Below the pieces are notes generated by a model. It saw only the letters and a list, made by a program, of their open reading frames with translations, was not told the origin of the DNA and did no database searches. DNA of 64,000 nucleotides from Shigella phage ChubbyThor: the sequence record OL615013; one strand, given 5' to 3'. The first letter of the stretch is position 1. Each line of letters begins with the position of its first letter. Shown here one piece after another: positions 26,779 through 37,291 of this stretch. The position numbers and the translations under genes are program-made.

Positions 26779-27161
26779 CACAGTCCGAATACAAACAGTA
26801 CCTGTACGATCTGTTCATGAAAGAAACGGATGGTACACTCCATCCTAAGAAAGCCACTATCGTCGTGCTGCATTCACAAGGTGCCCTGTCATTCTCCTAT
26901 CTTTTCAAAGAATTGGATCTGATGGGCATTGAATATAAAAAGCACATTACGCCAGAACGCACTCTGAAGCGCGCAACCGCTCACTGCGTCCATTCAGTGG
27001 CAACTGTTATGTTCCGCCATCACATCACATTTGATGAAGCGCTGGACCCACAGTATCACGAAGAACGCTGGGGACTGTTGTTGCATAACGGTGCCAATCC
27101 TGAGCACAAAGATCAACTCCTTGGGATGACCAAGGCACAACTCGTGGATGGTGTGTTATGA
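26775..27161 (+). CDS. hypothetical protein
   Basis: 128-aa ORF, start overlaps upstream stop. Confidence 0.45.
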   Translation: MTQSEYKQYLYDLFMKETDGTLHPKKATIVVLHSQGALSFSYLFKELDLMGIEYKKHITPERTLKRATAHCVHSVATVMFRHHITFDEALDPQYHEERWGLLLHNGANPEHKDQLLGMTKAQLVDGVL

Positions 27162-28273
27162 TCTATCTCCTGTTTGGTGTGCCATTGATACTGGCCATCC
27201 TGTTTGTGGTCTACCACCGCAAGACCCATGAGCCGAAAGAGACTCTGATTGCGACGGCGATTGTGGTGGTGCTGTCCTGTCTGATTCAGGTCGGGGCTTA
27301 TGCTGCGTTCTCCCTCGGCAGTTCAGGGGACGTTGAGATCCTGAACGGATACGTCACTGGCAAAGAGCGCAATAAGGTGAGCTGCGAGCACTCGTATCAG
27401 TGCAACTGCTACTACACCACATCATGCTCCGGCTCCGGTAGCAGCAAGTCCTGTACCCGTACCCGTCATTGTAGTACCTGCTATGAGCATTCGTATGACG
27501 TGGACTGGGATGTGCTGACGACTGTCGGTAATCTGACAATTGACCGCATTGACCGCCGTGGTCTTGGCCAGCCGCCGCGCTGGGCGCAGGTTCAGATTGG
27601 TGAGCCAGCCGCCCGTGAGCACTCCTACATGAACTATGTGCTGGGCAACAAGGACTCTCTGTTCTCCCGCTCAGACCAGCAGTTTGCTGAGCGCTTCAAA
27701 GACAAGATTCCCAAGTACCCTGAGGTCTATGACTACTATCGTGTCACTCGTGTGCTGAACGTGTCCGGTCTGGCTTTGCCGACCACATACTGGAACGACT
27801 ACCTGAATGATGTTCTGAAGAAGCTGGGCGCGGCCAAGCAGGTGAACATCGTCTGGGTTGTGACATCCGGGCAGCCAGTTGAATATTTCCAGGGCTTGGT
27901 CTATGCATGGGATGGCGGTAAAAAGAACGACGTTATCGTCGTGACCGACATCAGCAAAGACCTGAAGATCAATTGGGGTAAGAGCACTTCGTTCGCTGAT
28001 GGTATGCACAACCGTGAACTTCACTCCCGCAACGGTATGGACCTGACTGGGCATGATATGGGTATCGGCGTCATGACAGACGTTGTCGCCAACATCACCA
28101 AAGGCTACAACCGCGTTGAGATGAAGGAAATGGAGTACCTGAAGTGGCGGGAACTCAAGACCTGGGAAGTTGTGGTTGTTGTTCTGCTGGGCTGCTTGCC
28201 GTTCACCGCAATTTTCATATTGCAGCGAATGGAGTACAATGGTGGCCGTCGTCGTTATCCGTTTAATTTTTAA
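27158..28273 (+). CDS. Cys-rich membrane protein
   Basis: 371 aa; N- and C-terminal hydrophobic helices; cluster CEHSYQCNCYYTTSCSGSGSSKSCTRTRHCSTC. Confidence 0.5.
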   Translation: MIYLLFGVPLILAILFVVYHRKTHEPKETLIATAIVVVLSCLIQVGAYAAFSLGSSGDVEILNGYVTGKERNKVSCEHSYQCNCYYTTSCSGSGSSKSCTRTRHCSTCYEHSYDVDWDVLTTVGNLTIDRIDRRGLGQPPRWAQVQIGEPAAREHSYMNYVLGNKDSLFSRSDQQFAERFKDKIPKYPEVYDYYRVTRVLNVSGLALPTTYWNDYLNDVLKKLGAAKQVNIVWVVTSGQPVEYFQGLVYAWDGGKKNDVIVVTDISKDLKINWGKSTSFADGMHNRELHSRNGMDLTGHDMGIGVMTDVVANITKGYNRVEMKEMEYLKWRELKTWEVVVVVLLGCLPFTAIFILQRMEYNGGRRRYPFNF

Positions 28274-28291
28274 TCAAAAGAGGAAGTAAGA

Positions 28292-28861
28292 ATGTCTCAA
28301 TCTAAGGGTATTGCAACAGGTTGGATCGTTGGTTTGGCTTTGCTGGGTATGGTGATTGTCGGCATCGGCACAGTCATCAGCTACTTCAACGACTTCAACC
28401 GCACCGAACAGCAGGTCAAGAAGTTCAACAAAGACTCAGAGAACTACCTGAGCAACTACACGCTCAAAGTTCAGGAGACGGCGCAGATTCCTGACATGTA
28501 CAAAGACGGCCTGAAGGAAGTGATCAAAGGCACGTTCGAAGGGCGTTATGGCGCTGATGGTTCCAAGGCTGTTATGCAGTGGATCCAGGAGCAGAACATT
28601 CAGTTCGATTCCAGCCTGTACAAAGAGATCCAGGTGGTGATCAGTTCTGGGCGTGATGAATTCCGCATCAGTCAGACCAAGAAGCTGGATATCTGCGCAA
28701 TGTACGAAACCAAGCTGGCTCAGTTCCCTGGTTCGTTGATTGCTGGCATGTTCGGCTACCCACGCATCGATCTTGACAAGACCTGTCAGGTGGTGAGCGA
28801 TACCCGTACCCAGGCTGCGTTTGACGCTGGGGTTCAGAAACCGATCAACTTCAAAGGCTGA
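28292..28861 (+). CDS. membrane-anchored protein
   Basis: 189 aa with N-terminal TM helix. Confidence 0.45.
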   Translation: MSQSKGIATGWIVGLALLGMVIVGIGTVISYFNDFNRTEQQVKKFNKDSENYLSNYTLKVQETAQIPDMYKDGLKEVIKGTFEGRYGADGSKAVMQWIQEQNIQFDSSLYKEIQVVISSGRDEFRISQTKKLDICAMYETKLAQFPGSLIAGMFGYPRIDLDKTCQVVSDTRTQAAFDAGVQKPINFKG

Positions 28862-28865
28862 TATC

Positions 28866-29291
28866 ATGAGCGTGAAACTCACTGAATCACTGACGCTGGA
28901 CCAGCAGCAGGCGCTGTTAGACGAAGTGGTGATCTCTGCTGTCAAACAGGGGATCATCCGTGACGACACACTGATCAACCGCCCGGAGATGATTCATCAT
29001 CTGGCGGTGTGCCTGGGTGAGGCCAGCAACCCTCGCAAGAAGATCCGTATGTTCAAGGGCGGCGTGATCTATCCAAACGGGCGTTTCGGTTTCATTGAAC
29101 CAGTGCTGAAGACCGACGGCACCCCAAACAATAATGGTGGTCATATCAAGACCTCTGTTCCAGTAACGCCGTATACTGAAGGGGTCGATCAGCTGTCTTG
29201 GTTCGAGACAATCAACACCATCTATATCATGGCACCTGACGGAGAGCCTGTTCAGGATTTGCGAGGCGTCAAAGTAGAATCTGAAGACTAA
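28866..29291 (+). CDS. hypothetical protein
   Basis: ORF track 28821..29291; ATG at 28866 follows upstream stop. Confidence 0.45.
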   Translation: MSVKLTESLTLDQQQALLDEVVISAVKQGIIRDDTLINRPEMIHHLAVCLGEASNPRKKIRMFKGGVIYPNGRFGFIEPVLKTDGTPNNNGGHIKTSVPVTPYTEGVDQLSWFETINTIYIMAPDGEPVQDLRGVKVESED

Positions 29292-29307
29292 TCGTTCTTC
29301 AATAAAA

Positions 29308-29341
29308 GGGGATAGGGTATTATTGCTCTATCCCCTTTTTC
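29308..29341 (+). terminator. intrinsic terminator
   Basis: Stem GGGGATAG/CTATCCCC followed by TTTTT; preceded by GTTCTTCAATAAA. Confidence 0.55.
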
Positions 29342-29353
29342 GTGGACAGGAAC

Positions 29354-29722
29354 ATGACAGACAAGCCAAGAAAGATCGCGATTATTGGAGCCGGACTGGG
29401 ATCTCGGTTGATCAAAGTTCTACTGGAAGAGAAGCTGCCAGGAGTTGAGGTTGTGCACATCACTCCCGATGATATCCCGAAGCGTCGAAGTGAATCGGGT
29501 GAACGCATGATCATCTGCGACGAGCTACAGCAGATGCCAGACACCAAGGAATTGATCGCCAAGCTGAAACGACTGGATGAAAGAGAATTACCAGCCGAGG
29601 CCAGCATGCGTGAATTTTACGCCGACCGCCGCTATCAAGAACCCACACGCCTGCGTGGAGCCGCTGCTCACAAACGTCAGGCCGCTAAAATGAAGAATAA
29701 ACGCCGGAGCAAACGCAAATGA
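29354..29722 (+). CDS. hypothetical protein with basic C-terminus
   Basis: ORF track 29342..29722 (GTG); ATG at 29354 likelier. Confidence 0.45.
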   Translation: MTDKPRKIAIIGAGLGSRLIKVLLEEKLPGVEVVHITPDDIPKRRSESGERMIICDELQQMPDTKELIAKLKRLDERELPAEASMREFYADRRYQEPTRLRGAAAHKRQAAKMKNKRRSKRK

Positions 29723-30171
29723 CTACCAAACCAACTTATGAAGAACTGGCGCAGACCGTTCTGACCTTCGACAGCACCCTGAAGAATCTGTACAAGGTGC
29801 TGGGGAATAACCCGACTTCGCAGTCAGGCAACACAGTCAATCTTCTGTTACTGCTGAACCCTCTGTGGGATATTGATGCCACTGTTGCTGCCCTGAAAGA
29901 TCCTGGGGCACAGGAACCGGAGCCGGAGCCAGCCCCTGTATCCACGGGGATTCAGAATTATCTGGAGAACTTTGATGAGTACTCCTTCACCGACCTGCTC
30001 CTGCGTGATATGATCAACGCAGAACGCCGTCGCCAGGAAAAGAACTGTCCTGAAGTTCAGTCTGATGAAGAAATCGAGCAGAGCGTTCGCGAAGGACTGG
30101 AGGCTTCTATAGGCCTGGCTGTGATGATTGTTCAGGCGCTGTCCTATGCTGCCAAGGGGGAAACGAAATGA
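29719..30171 (+). CDS. hypothetical protein
   Basis: 150-aa ORF, start overlaps upstream stop. Confidence 0.45.
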   Translation: MTTKPTYEELAQTVLTFDSTLKNLYKVLGNNPTSQSGNTVNLLLLLNPLWDIDATVAALKDPGAQEPEPEPAPVSTGIQNYLENFDEYSFTDLLLRDMINAERRRQEKNCPEVQSDEEIEQSVREGLEASIGLAVMIVQALSYAAKGETK

Positions 30172-30368
30172 AGAAATCATCTGCGGCTGTTGCTGCTATG
30201 CTAGCGCTGTCAGAAATGGAAATCGTCGCCGCGCATCGTGGTGATGACATGTGGGGGCGTCGTTACACTCAGGGTGGCACACCCGGCGAACCGGGACATG
30301 GTCGTCCATCTGTAACCCGCAAGAAGAAGGCGAAGACCAATGGAAAGAACAAGCGCAAACGTAAGTGA
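30168..30368 (+). CDS. hypothetical small basic protein
   Basis: 66-aa ORF. Confidence 0.35.
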   Translation: MKKSSAAVAAMLALSEMEIVAAHRGDDMWGRRYTQGGTPGEPGHGRPSVTRKKKAKTNGKNKRKRK

Positions 30369-30523
30369 GGAGCGCCTGAAGGATTTGTCCGTTGGCAATC
30401 CCAAGTTAGCCAGATCATGGGTGATGTTTGAAGAAGGTAAGATGATGGCCGACGAGATCATCTTCCTTCGAGCAGAGGTCGCTCGATTAAGTAAAACCGA
30501 ACCCAAAAAGTAGAGGATATGTT

Positions 30524-30871
30524 ATGAGTTCTATTGAACAGCTGATCACCCCACAGTATGTGTACTCCAACATTGTTGAGCATCTGCGCTCACAGTTGAA
30601 CGTGGGAACCCTGAGCAGCACTGACCTGAAAGATCTACAGATCACTGAAGTTGAAGTGGCCGCGTTCGGTAGCCGTTATCACTTCAATGTGGACTACACG
30701 CGTGTAGAAGAGCAGCAGTCCTCTATCATCACACTGGCCACTCCGGTCAACCCTCGCAAAGAGCCTGTGTCAGTCACCCGCACCGTCGTGGGCTATCTTG
30801 AGGAAACCCTTGAGCCTGGGGCAACCCGACCGACATTCAACTTCCAGGCACGATTTGCCACCGAAGATTGA
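30524..30871 (+). CDS. hypothetical protein
   Basis: 115-aa ORF followed by terminator. Confidence 0.45.
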   Translation: MSSIEQLITPQYVYSNIVEHLRSQLNVGTLSSTDLKDLQITEVEVAAFGSRYHFNVDYTRVEEQQSSIITLATPVNPRKEPVSVTRTVVGYLEETLEPGATRPTFNFQARFATED

Positions 30872-30877
30872 TCTGAA

Positions 30878-30903
30878 CAAAGCCCTCAGCCGAGGGCTTT
30901 TTC
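30878..30903 (+). terminator. intrinsic terminator
   Basis: AAAGCCCTC-AGCC-GAGGGCTTT then TTTC. Confidence 0.55.
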
Positions 30904-30977
30904 AATTGAAGCCCACCACAGTATCATACCCACTCAATCAATATGTTTCCCTTTGACATTGATAGGATTTCTATACT

Positions 30978-33734
30978 ATGAAAATGCGCAAGTCCGAGCA
31001 CTTCATCCGCTCGTCGTCTTCCATTCAGGGGCAGGCGTTTAACGTCAAAATGAACGACAAGATGTTTGAGACTCTGTTCTCATCATTGTATCGTTACAAA
31101 GAGGCCGCAGCCCTGCGTGAGACCGTCTGTAACGCCATTGACTCCCATGGCATGCGTGATCGTATGCACCGCATGGTCGCATCCCACTACGCGCCTCTCA
31201 CTCCCCCTCCTGCCCGCCACAGCAAATATCTCGCGCCGAAGGGCACACGAGTTGTTGTGCATTTGCCTGATGACTTTGAGCCATGGCTGGAAATCCGTGA
31301 TTACGGTATCGGTCTGCCGCTTGAGAAGATCATCGGTGAAGCCATCCCAGCGCAGGAAGATGAGGTGCTGCTGGAAGGCAACATGGTCGTGAAGGAAGAC
31401 GAGATCCCCGATTCGGCCGAAGTCATCGGTATTCCAGGGTTCTACAATGGGTCTTTGGTGTTCCGTCGTGAAGACGGCGAGATCATTCGTGCGCCTGGAT
31501 TGTACACCACCCTCTTCCACAGTACGAAGGAAGAAGATGATGATCAGATTGGGGCATTCGGTCTTGGCTCCAAATCACCATTTGCGGTATCGGATTCGTT
31601 CACTGTGGAAAGCCGCATGGATGGTAAACTCCATCGCTTCCTGATGTACCTGAACGCCAAGCGCATCCCGACTGTTGATCTGATCACCAAAGATCTTGAA
31701 ACCCGTGATCCTAAGCCGGAAGACACCGATGAGTTCAACGGCATGACGGTGAAGATCCCGGTGAAGAACGCTCGTTTCTCTGCATTCTCCGATGAACTGG
31801 TCCGTCTTGGTCGTGTTATGCGCCCTGAACAACGCCCGGTTGTTGAGAACGCTTCATACCGCTTCAGCTGGGAAGATATCAGTTATGATTTCAAGGTCAA
31901 CAATACGTACATCCAGCCGAAAGGCCAGGGGAACACCCATTATGCTGTGATGGGCGGCGTGTCATACCCGATTGACCTGGACCAGCTGGACCCGGACACT
32001 GCTTCCATCATGAGCAAGTTCCCGTCGTCCTATACGTTCTTCGAACTCGGCTCGCTGAACGTACCGCCGTCGCGTGAAGACCTGTCGTATGACGAATTCA
32101 CGCGTGAGACGCTCTCTGAGGAGTTTAAGGGCACCGCCAATGCAATCTTGACAGAAAAGATGCGCGACCTGGAGTTGGCGTGTAAGCGTGGTCCTCTTGC
32201 CCTGTATATGGAGAAGGCAAGACTGAGCGAAATGTTCGGCAGCGGGTTCCGTAAGATGGTTGAAAAGGAATACCCGGCGGACAAGCGCTTCCACGATTCA
32301 TATTATCGTTACCCGCTGCCTGTTGAGATTGATCGCGATTATGACCATACCGCTCCGTTCAATGAGCTGTCATCGCCGTTCTCTATGGAGATCTTCTATG
32401 ACTGGGGTGAGTCCAGTACTTTGACCATTTCAGAAATCCAGAAGTGGATTGATCGTGGACAGCATGTTACTGTGGTGATCGAAGATAGTGTTCGTGCACG
32501 TAATCTGAAGATCAAGCAGCTGAAAGATACAGGAACGATGGTCATCGTGGCCAAGCCGAACACATCCTATGTCACCAAGCGCAACCAATCTAAGGACAAC
32601 CCTGCGTTCAATAATTCTCAGGCTCTCTATGATTTCTTTGAAACTTGGATTGGTAAAGAAGAAACGACGGTTGATTATCTGTGCTTCGCTGACAAGTTCG
32701 TCGATTGGCTGAGTGCGGTGCTGGAGCCTGCTGAAGTCAAGTTCATGAACGAACTGACGTATGTCACGCCTCCGGTCACCAAAGACCCTGGCCTGTTTCC
32801 GTTCACGTCCAGCAACTTCGACATAAAACAGTATGAAGAACTGACGGGCGACCAGATCTCAGATATTATCAACAAGGGCGAGCGCATCGTCTACATTGAG
32901 GTGTCTGGCCATGAGTGTATCCATCAGGTGATGGACAGAACGTTGACGGCTGCGGCGGCTCGGGGTATTCGCAAATCTCTGTACGAGCACGCTGTCGGTG
33001 CAGACGATGAAGGCAAGCCAGTGTATATCAGCGACATGCTGAACGTTCACAAGAGGATCTTCTTAGCTCGCCGTAAATCCGTGCCAATGATGAAGAAGTT
33101 TCCAGAGGTCTTCATCCCGATCGATGAAATTCTGAAGATCATGTTGGAAAACGTGAAGCCTATGATGGAGCGCGATAGCGCCAGGCGCATACTGGAATCA
33201 CACCGCCGCATGCGCCTTGGGGCGGACCGATTAAAATACGGGAGCCGTCTGGTTCATCAGGCGTTTGGTGATGTTGAAGATGATCGTTATGGCAAATTGG
33301 TCAGTCGTTACAACAAGTTAATGAAAGTTGTGGACGATATCTTGGATGAGCAGACTATACGTCATTACCAAAGCCTGGCGAAAGCCCCAGTGTCGATCCA
33401 TGATAAACGTCGTTTTAGTCATTTCCAAGACACGATAAGTTCTCTTAACGTGAATTTGTACGCCAACGAGCGTGACGAAAAGATCTTCCGTTCAGAACAT
33501 CAGATGCTACAGATCTTTGGTTACGCTTCGGATGTGTTGCGGTCTCATGGATTTACGCCGTTTGATATATCGAGGACTCCGTCATTGAAAGCAAGGCGGG
33601 AAAACCGATTGACCATTGAGCGTCACCGTGTTATCCGGTTCTTGAAAGAGAATTACAAACCAAGCGCCCTGAACCCGATTGAAAATTCTTCGGATTACTT
33701 GGACGTTATTTCAAATTCCATCATCAGGGCATAA
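30978..33734 (+). CDS. rIIA: rIIA protein (GHKL-type ATPase fold)
   Basis: 918 aa; blocks matching T4 rIIA as recalled: ALRETVCNAIDSH, IRDYGIGLP, GAFGLGSKSPFAVSDSF, LGSLNVPPSREDLSYDEFTRE. Confidence 0.9.
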   Translation: MKMRKSEHFIRSSSSIQGQAFNVKMNDKMFETLFSSLYRYKEAAALRETVCNAIDSHGMRDRMHRMVASHYAPLTPPPARHSKYLAPKGTRVVVHLPDDFEPWLEIRDYGIGLPLEKIIGEAIPAQEDEVLLEGNMVVKEDEIPDSAEVIGIPGFYNGSLVFRREDGEIIRAPGLYTTLFHSTKEEDDDQIGAFGLGSKSPFAVSDSFTVESRMDGKLHRFLMYLNAKRIPTVDLITKDLETRDPKPEDTDEFNGMTVKIPVKNARFSAFSDELVRLGRVMRPEQRPVVENASYRFSWEDISYDFKVNNTYIQPKGQGNTHYAVMGGVSYPIDLDQLDPDTASIMSKFPSSYTFFELGSLNVPPSREDLSYDEFTRETLSEEFKGTANAILTEKMRDLELACKRGPLALYMEKARLSEMFGSGFRKMVEKEYPADKRFHDSYYRYPLPVEIDRDYDHTAPFNELSSPFSMEIFYDWGESSTLTISEIQKWIDRGQHVTVVIEDSVRARNLKIKQLKDTGTMVIVAKPNTSYVTKRNQSKDNPAFNNSQALYDFFETWIGKEETTVDYLCFADKFVDWLSAVLEPAEVKFMNELTYVTPPVTKDPGLFPFTSSNFDIKQYEELTGDQISDIINKGERIVYIEVSGHECIHQVMDRTLTAAAARGIRKSLYEHAVGADDEGKPVYISDMLNVHKRIFLARRKSVPMMKKFPEVFIPIDEILKIMLENVKPMMERDSARRILESHRRMRLGADRLKYGSRLVHQAFGDVEDDRYGKLVSRYNKLMKVVDDILDEQTIRHYQSLAKAPVSIHDKRRFSHFQDTISSLNVNLYANERDEKIFRSEHQMLQIFGYASDVLRSHGFTPFDISRTPSLKARRENRLTIERHRVIRFLKENYKPSALNPIENSSDYLDVISNSIIRA

Positions 33735-33765
33735 TAGTCCTGTTAACCAACGTGGGAACTACAAG

Positions 33766-35328
33766 ATGAACAAGATTGACGAAAAGATCCTCAAGCATTT
33801 GAAGGCAGGCATGAGCCAGAGCGCAATTGCTACTCTGTTGGGCATACCCCGCTCGACTGTACAACGTGTTGCAGACACGGAACTCGGTGTTAACCCGTTA
33901 TCGCTGAAATCTCTGACCACTGAAGAGATTCAGCAGATTCAGGTGAAGAGCAAGGCTGGTGAAAGCAACCGCGCCCTGGCTGAGTTCTTTGCTGTAAGCG
34001 CCAAGACCATTGCTCGCGCTCTGCTGGTCCGGATTACTGAGGAGGAAAACAAGGTAACTGTGATCTCTCCTATCAAGCAGGAAGAGCAGGAAGTGTTCGA
34101 GGTCCAACCGGGCGGCACGGCCAAAGACAAAGATGACTCAGAATGGTATGTTGGGGCATATCTACCGAACCACAACAAGTATCTGTGTCTCACCAAAGAC
34201 GGTAATTTCACAGGGGCTTTCTTTGAAAAGTCTGAATTGACTCCTGTTGAAGGAAACAGCCGCGCTTTCGGCGTTGAAGCTATCGGTAAGATGGCAGAAA
34301 TTTCTGTGGCGCTGTCAGAAGGTGCGGATAAAGTTCCGAGCAACGTTGAAATCAGCGTTGTGGTTGACGGGGAAACTTATCCTGTTCGTGGATCTCTGGA
34401 TGCCCGTCGCCGTGTTGGTTACTTCGATGCCATCCTCGGCCGCACTCTGCGCCTGGCTCTGTCTTCTGTGGAATTCGCTGTCGCTATCAAAGACGTTGAA
34501 GAAGTGGCTGAAGACAAGAAGACCAAGCAGGACTTCGGCGCGAAAGACCTGGACGTGTTCCTGAACGAACACCAGATCCTGATTCTGCCTGACAGCGTTG
34601 TTATCGCGATTGATGGCAAGCCGGAAACGATCACCACTTCACATCCAGCATATGACCGCATCGTACAGGCGATCAAAGACAAAGACGTGAAGCTGGCATA
34701 CTCGCTGATGCGCCCTCGTGATGCCATCGCGAAGTACGCTGAAGGTCTGGTAGACGTGTCTGACAACCGTGTCCGCTGGTCTGGTCATGACATCACAGGC
34801 ACATCCATCGCCAAGCGTGTACTGGCGCTGATGCTGAAGGGTGACTTCCACAACCTGGACCGCATGGCGAAGTTTATGGATAAAATGTTCCAGAACCCGT
34901 CGGCTGCTCTGGTTCAGTCCGGGCGCATCTACGAGTTCATGGCGTACTCCGACATCGAGATTGACGACGATGGTGACATCATCCTCTACAAATCGGTGCG
35001 CGGGAACTACATGGACAAGTACAGCAACACGATCAGCAACGCCCCAGGCACTATCGTGCGCATGGCTCGCTCATTCGTGAACGACAACAACTCTGACCTG
35101 TGTTCATACGGTCTGCATGTGTGCTCCCTGGCCTACCTGAAACAGTGTTTCGGTTCTGTTGGCCAGCGCGTTGTTCGCTGTAAGCTGAACCCGAAAGATA
35201 TCGTGTCTATCACCAACGATTATGGCTCCAGTAAAATCCGCTGCTGCGAATACCTGGTGTTGGATGACTACACTGCTGAGTACAACCGCCAGCACAAGTC
35301 TATTGACGTCACTGGCCTGTACAAGTAA
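33766..35328 (+). CDS. rIIB: rIIB protein
   Basis: ORF track 33679..35328; ATG at 33766; N-terminal HTH-like region and C-terminal block NAPGTIVRMARSFVNDNNSDLCSYGLHVCSLAYLKQCFGS...RVVRCKLNPKDIVSI matching T4 rIIB as recalled. Confidence 0.85.
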   Translation: MNKIDEKILKHLKAGMSQSAIATLLGIPRSTVQRVADTELGVNPLSLKSLTTEEIQQIQVKSKAGESNRALAEFFAVSAKTIARALLVRITEEENKVTVISPIKQEEQEVFEVQPGGTAKDKDDSEWYVGAYLPNHNKYLCLTKDGNFTGAFFEKSELTPVEGNSRAFGVEAIGKMAEISVALSEGADKVPSNVEISVVVDGETYPVRGSLDARRRVGYFDAILGRTLRLALSSVEFAVAIKDVEEVAEDKKTKQDFGAKDLDVFLNEHQILILPDSVVIAIDGKPETITTSHPAYDRIVQAIKDKDVKLAYSLMRPRDAIAKYAEGLVDVSDNRVRWSGHDITGTSIAKRVLALMLKGDFHNLDRMAKFMDKMFQNPSAALVQSGRIYEFMAYSDIEIDDDGDIILYKSVRGNYMDKYSNTISNAPGTIVRMARSFVNDNNSDLCSYGLHVCSLAYLKQCFGSVGQRVVRCKLNPKDIVSITNDYGSSKIRCCEYLVLDDYTAEYNRQHKSIDVTGLYK

Positions 35329-35345
35329 TCTTCAGTAAACCTACA

Positions 35346-35370
35346 AGGGGGCTTCGGCCTCCTTTTCTTT
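35346..35370 (+). terminator. intrinsic terminator
   Basis: AGGGGGC-TTCG-GCCTCCT then TTTCTTT. Confidence 0.5.
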
Positions 35371-35379
35371 GAGGTCGAT

Positions 35380-35685
35380 ATGTTAACCACTGATGTCTAC
35401 TTCAAATATGCCCAGCAAGCATATGGACCACACCGCCGGATAACGAAGTTCCTGATTGACTCTTTCCAATTCGAAGGAGAGACCAGGGAATACTCCCACA
35501 AACAATTCCCTCCCCGTGAAGTGCATGGCGACCAGTTCGTGAAGTTGTTCTGTCGCTGTGGTGGTTGTGACTTCACAGATGATGGGTATGCAATGCACGT
35601 ATACTGCTGCAATTGCTGTGGTAAATACATAACAGTCTATAGGAGAACCAATCATGGCGAAGAAACCCGAAACCAAGAAAGTTGA
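35380..35685 (+). CDS. small Cys-rich (zinc-binding?) protein
   Basis: 101 aa; CRCGGC...CCNCCGKY cysteine cluster. Confidence 0.4.
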   Translation: MLTTDVYFKYAQQAYGPHRRITKFLIDSFQFEGETREYSHKQFPPREVHGDQFVKLFCRCGGCDFTDDGYAMHVYCCNCCGKYITVYRRTNHGEETRNQES

Positions 35686-36079
35686 AACCGCAACTACAGC
35701 CCCCGTTGATGACATCCAGGCGAAGGAGGAAGGTGTGTTACCCACCTACCTGCAACGCGCTGTGGACAACATACCTACAGGCGGGGATGGAGGCGTCGTC
35801 TACGCTGGCGGGTACGGTTGGGTGTGCGAATACCAAGACGGCACCAAAGAACTCCTTCAGGAGCTTCCAGGACTGGCGTCCACGCTGAAGCGTTATGGTC
35901 GCGACAAGTATGGCAAGCCGTTTGAGAAGGGCGCTGTCGTCTCCACCAACATTACTGCAGATACTCTGAACCTTCTGGGCGTGGACGACCTGAAGCTGCT
36001 GGCTGAACCTTTGGGTATCACAGTAGAAGATCGCATTACGTTGATTGCTCAACTGATCGAAAAATTGCAGATTAAATAA
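35654..36079 (+). CDS. hypothetical protein
   Basis: 141-aa ORF. Confidence 0.45.
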   Translation: MAKKPETKKVETATTAPVDDIQAKEEGVLPTYLQRAVDNIPTGGDGGVVYAGGYGWVCEYQDGTKELLQELPGLASTLKRYGRDKYGKPFEKGAVVSTNITADTLNLLGVDDLKLLAEPLGITVEDRITLIAQLIEKLQIK

Positions 36080-36108
36080 AGCAGTGTACAACAGCTGAAT
36101 TAATCTAT

Positions 36109-36501
36109 ATGGTTATCGTTGACGAAAGCAATCTGATAGAGTATGCCCTGAGGCATTACATTGTTGATTCTATCTCACGGGATGAGTTGCTGACAGACAT
36201 ACAGCGAATTTCGCTAATTAACCAATCATTGAAGAGATTTGTGCCTGGCAAGAGTCCAAGGCTCATATTGAATCAGCTGATCACTCTCTTCAATACGTTC
36301 GAAGCAGAAGCAGTCTGTCGTATGCTTGTGTTGAAAACGGATAAGTCTCAGCTTCCGCGCCTCAAGGCTGCTTTGTTGACGTTAGGCGTATGGCGTGATG
36401 ATTTATGTTCCGGTTCATACGAACCAGATAACGAGCTATTAATGGCTCTGAACAACGATTTGGGCGAGTGGAGGAAACCATGCCAACAATCACTGTATTA
36501 G
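36109..36501 (+). CDS. hypothetical protein
   Basis: 130-aa ORF. Confidence 0.45.
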   Translation: MVIVDESNLIEYALRHYIVDSISRDELLTDIQRISLINQSLKRFVPGKSPRLILNQLITLFNTFEAEAVCRMLVLKTDKSQLPRLKAALLTLGVWRDDLCSGSYEPDNELLMALNNDLGEWRKPCQQSLY

Positions 36502-37289
36502 TAGCACCGGAAGTTGTTCGCAACAAACCGGAAACCGAGCGTCTGCACACCGTGACAGGCACTGCCAAGGGTTGGGAAAAGACCAGTCTTAACCAAGACC
36601 CTGACGAGATCCTGACCGAGTGTAAAGGCCTGGATGCACTTCTGACCAAGAGCAATCTTCAGGCTGATGGCGTGACCAAAGTTGATCCAACCAAGCCTAT
36701 CGGCTTCGAGATCTCTTACGAAATTCACGACCCAAGCGCCGTGCTGACCACTGGCCTGACCATCACCCCTGCTACTGCTGGTGGTGAAGTCGGTCAGGTT
36801 GTTGAACTGCTGGCGACCGTCGCTCCGGCGAACGCGACCTACCAGGGTGTCAACTGGTACTCTGGTGACATCACCAAAGCTGTACACATCGGCGGTGGTA
36901 AATTCAAGCTGCTGGCTCCTGGTTCTGTGACTGTGTACGGTGTTACCATCGAAGGTGGCCACACTGACTCCACGGTCATCACAGTGGCGGGTGCGCTGGC
37001 TCTGTCTACCGATCTGGCTGCTTCTCAGGATGTAACAGCAGGTGAAGACGCAACCTTCACCATCGCTGCTACAGGCGGCACCACCCCATACACATATGCT
37101 TGGTACTTCTCTGATGTCCCTGGCGGTGAAGGTGTGGTGATCGATGCTGGCGCTAACGCCACTGCTGCTACAGCAAGCCTGGTTATCACTGCAGTTGATG
37201 CCGCCGACGAGGGTGAGTACTGGTGTGTTGTTGAAGACGCCGACGGCCACTCTGTGACCTCCACCCGTTGTGAAATGGCTGTGGTCTAA
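36480..37289 (+). CDS. Ig-like (Big_2-type) domain protein, possible capsid/virion decoration protein
   Basis: ORF track 36468..37289; ATG 36480 after GGAGGAAA SD; beta-rich segments resembling bacterial Ig-like repeats. Confidence 0.5.
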   Translation: MPTITVLVAPEVVRNKPETERLHTVTGTAKGWEKTSLNQDPDEILTECKGLDALLTKSNLQADGVTKVDPTKPIGFEISYEIHDPSAVLTTGLTITPATAGGEVGQVVELLATVAPANATYQGVNWYSGDITKAVHIGGGKFKLLAPGSVTVYGVTIEGGHTDSTVITVAGALALSTDLAASQDVTAGEDATFTIAATGGTTPYTYAWYFSDVPGGEGVVIDAGANATAATASLVITAVDAADEGEYWCVVEDADGHSVTSTRCEMAVV

Positions 37290-37291
37290 TC

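Noticed and set aside
28292-28861. LemA-family assignment
   Set aside because: Only topology (N-terminal TM plus soluble domain) matches; no LemA signature recognised.
30953-30977. Sigma70-type promoter (TTGACA ... TATACT) upstream of rIIA
   Set aside because: Spacer only about 13 nt and the -10 candidate overlaps the start codon; not a credible promoter.
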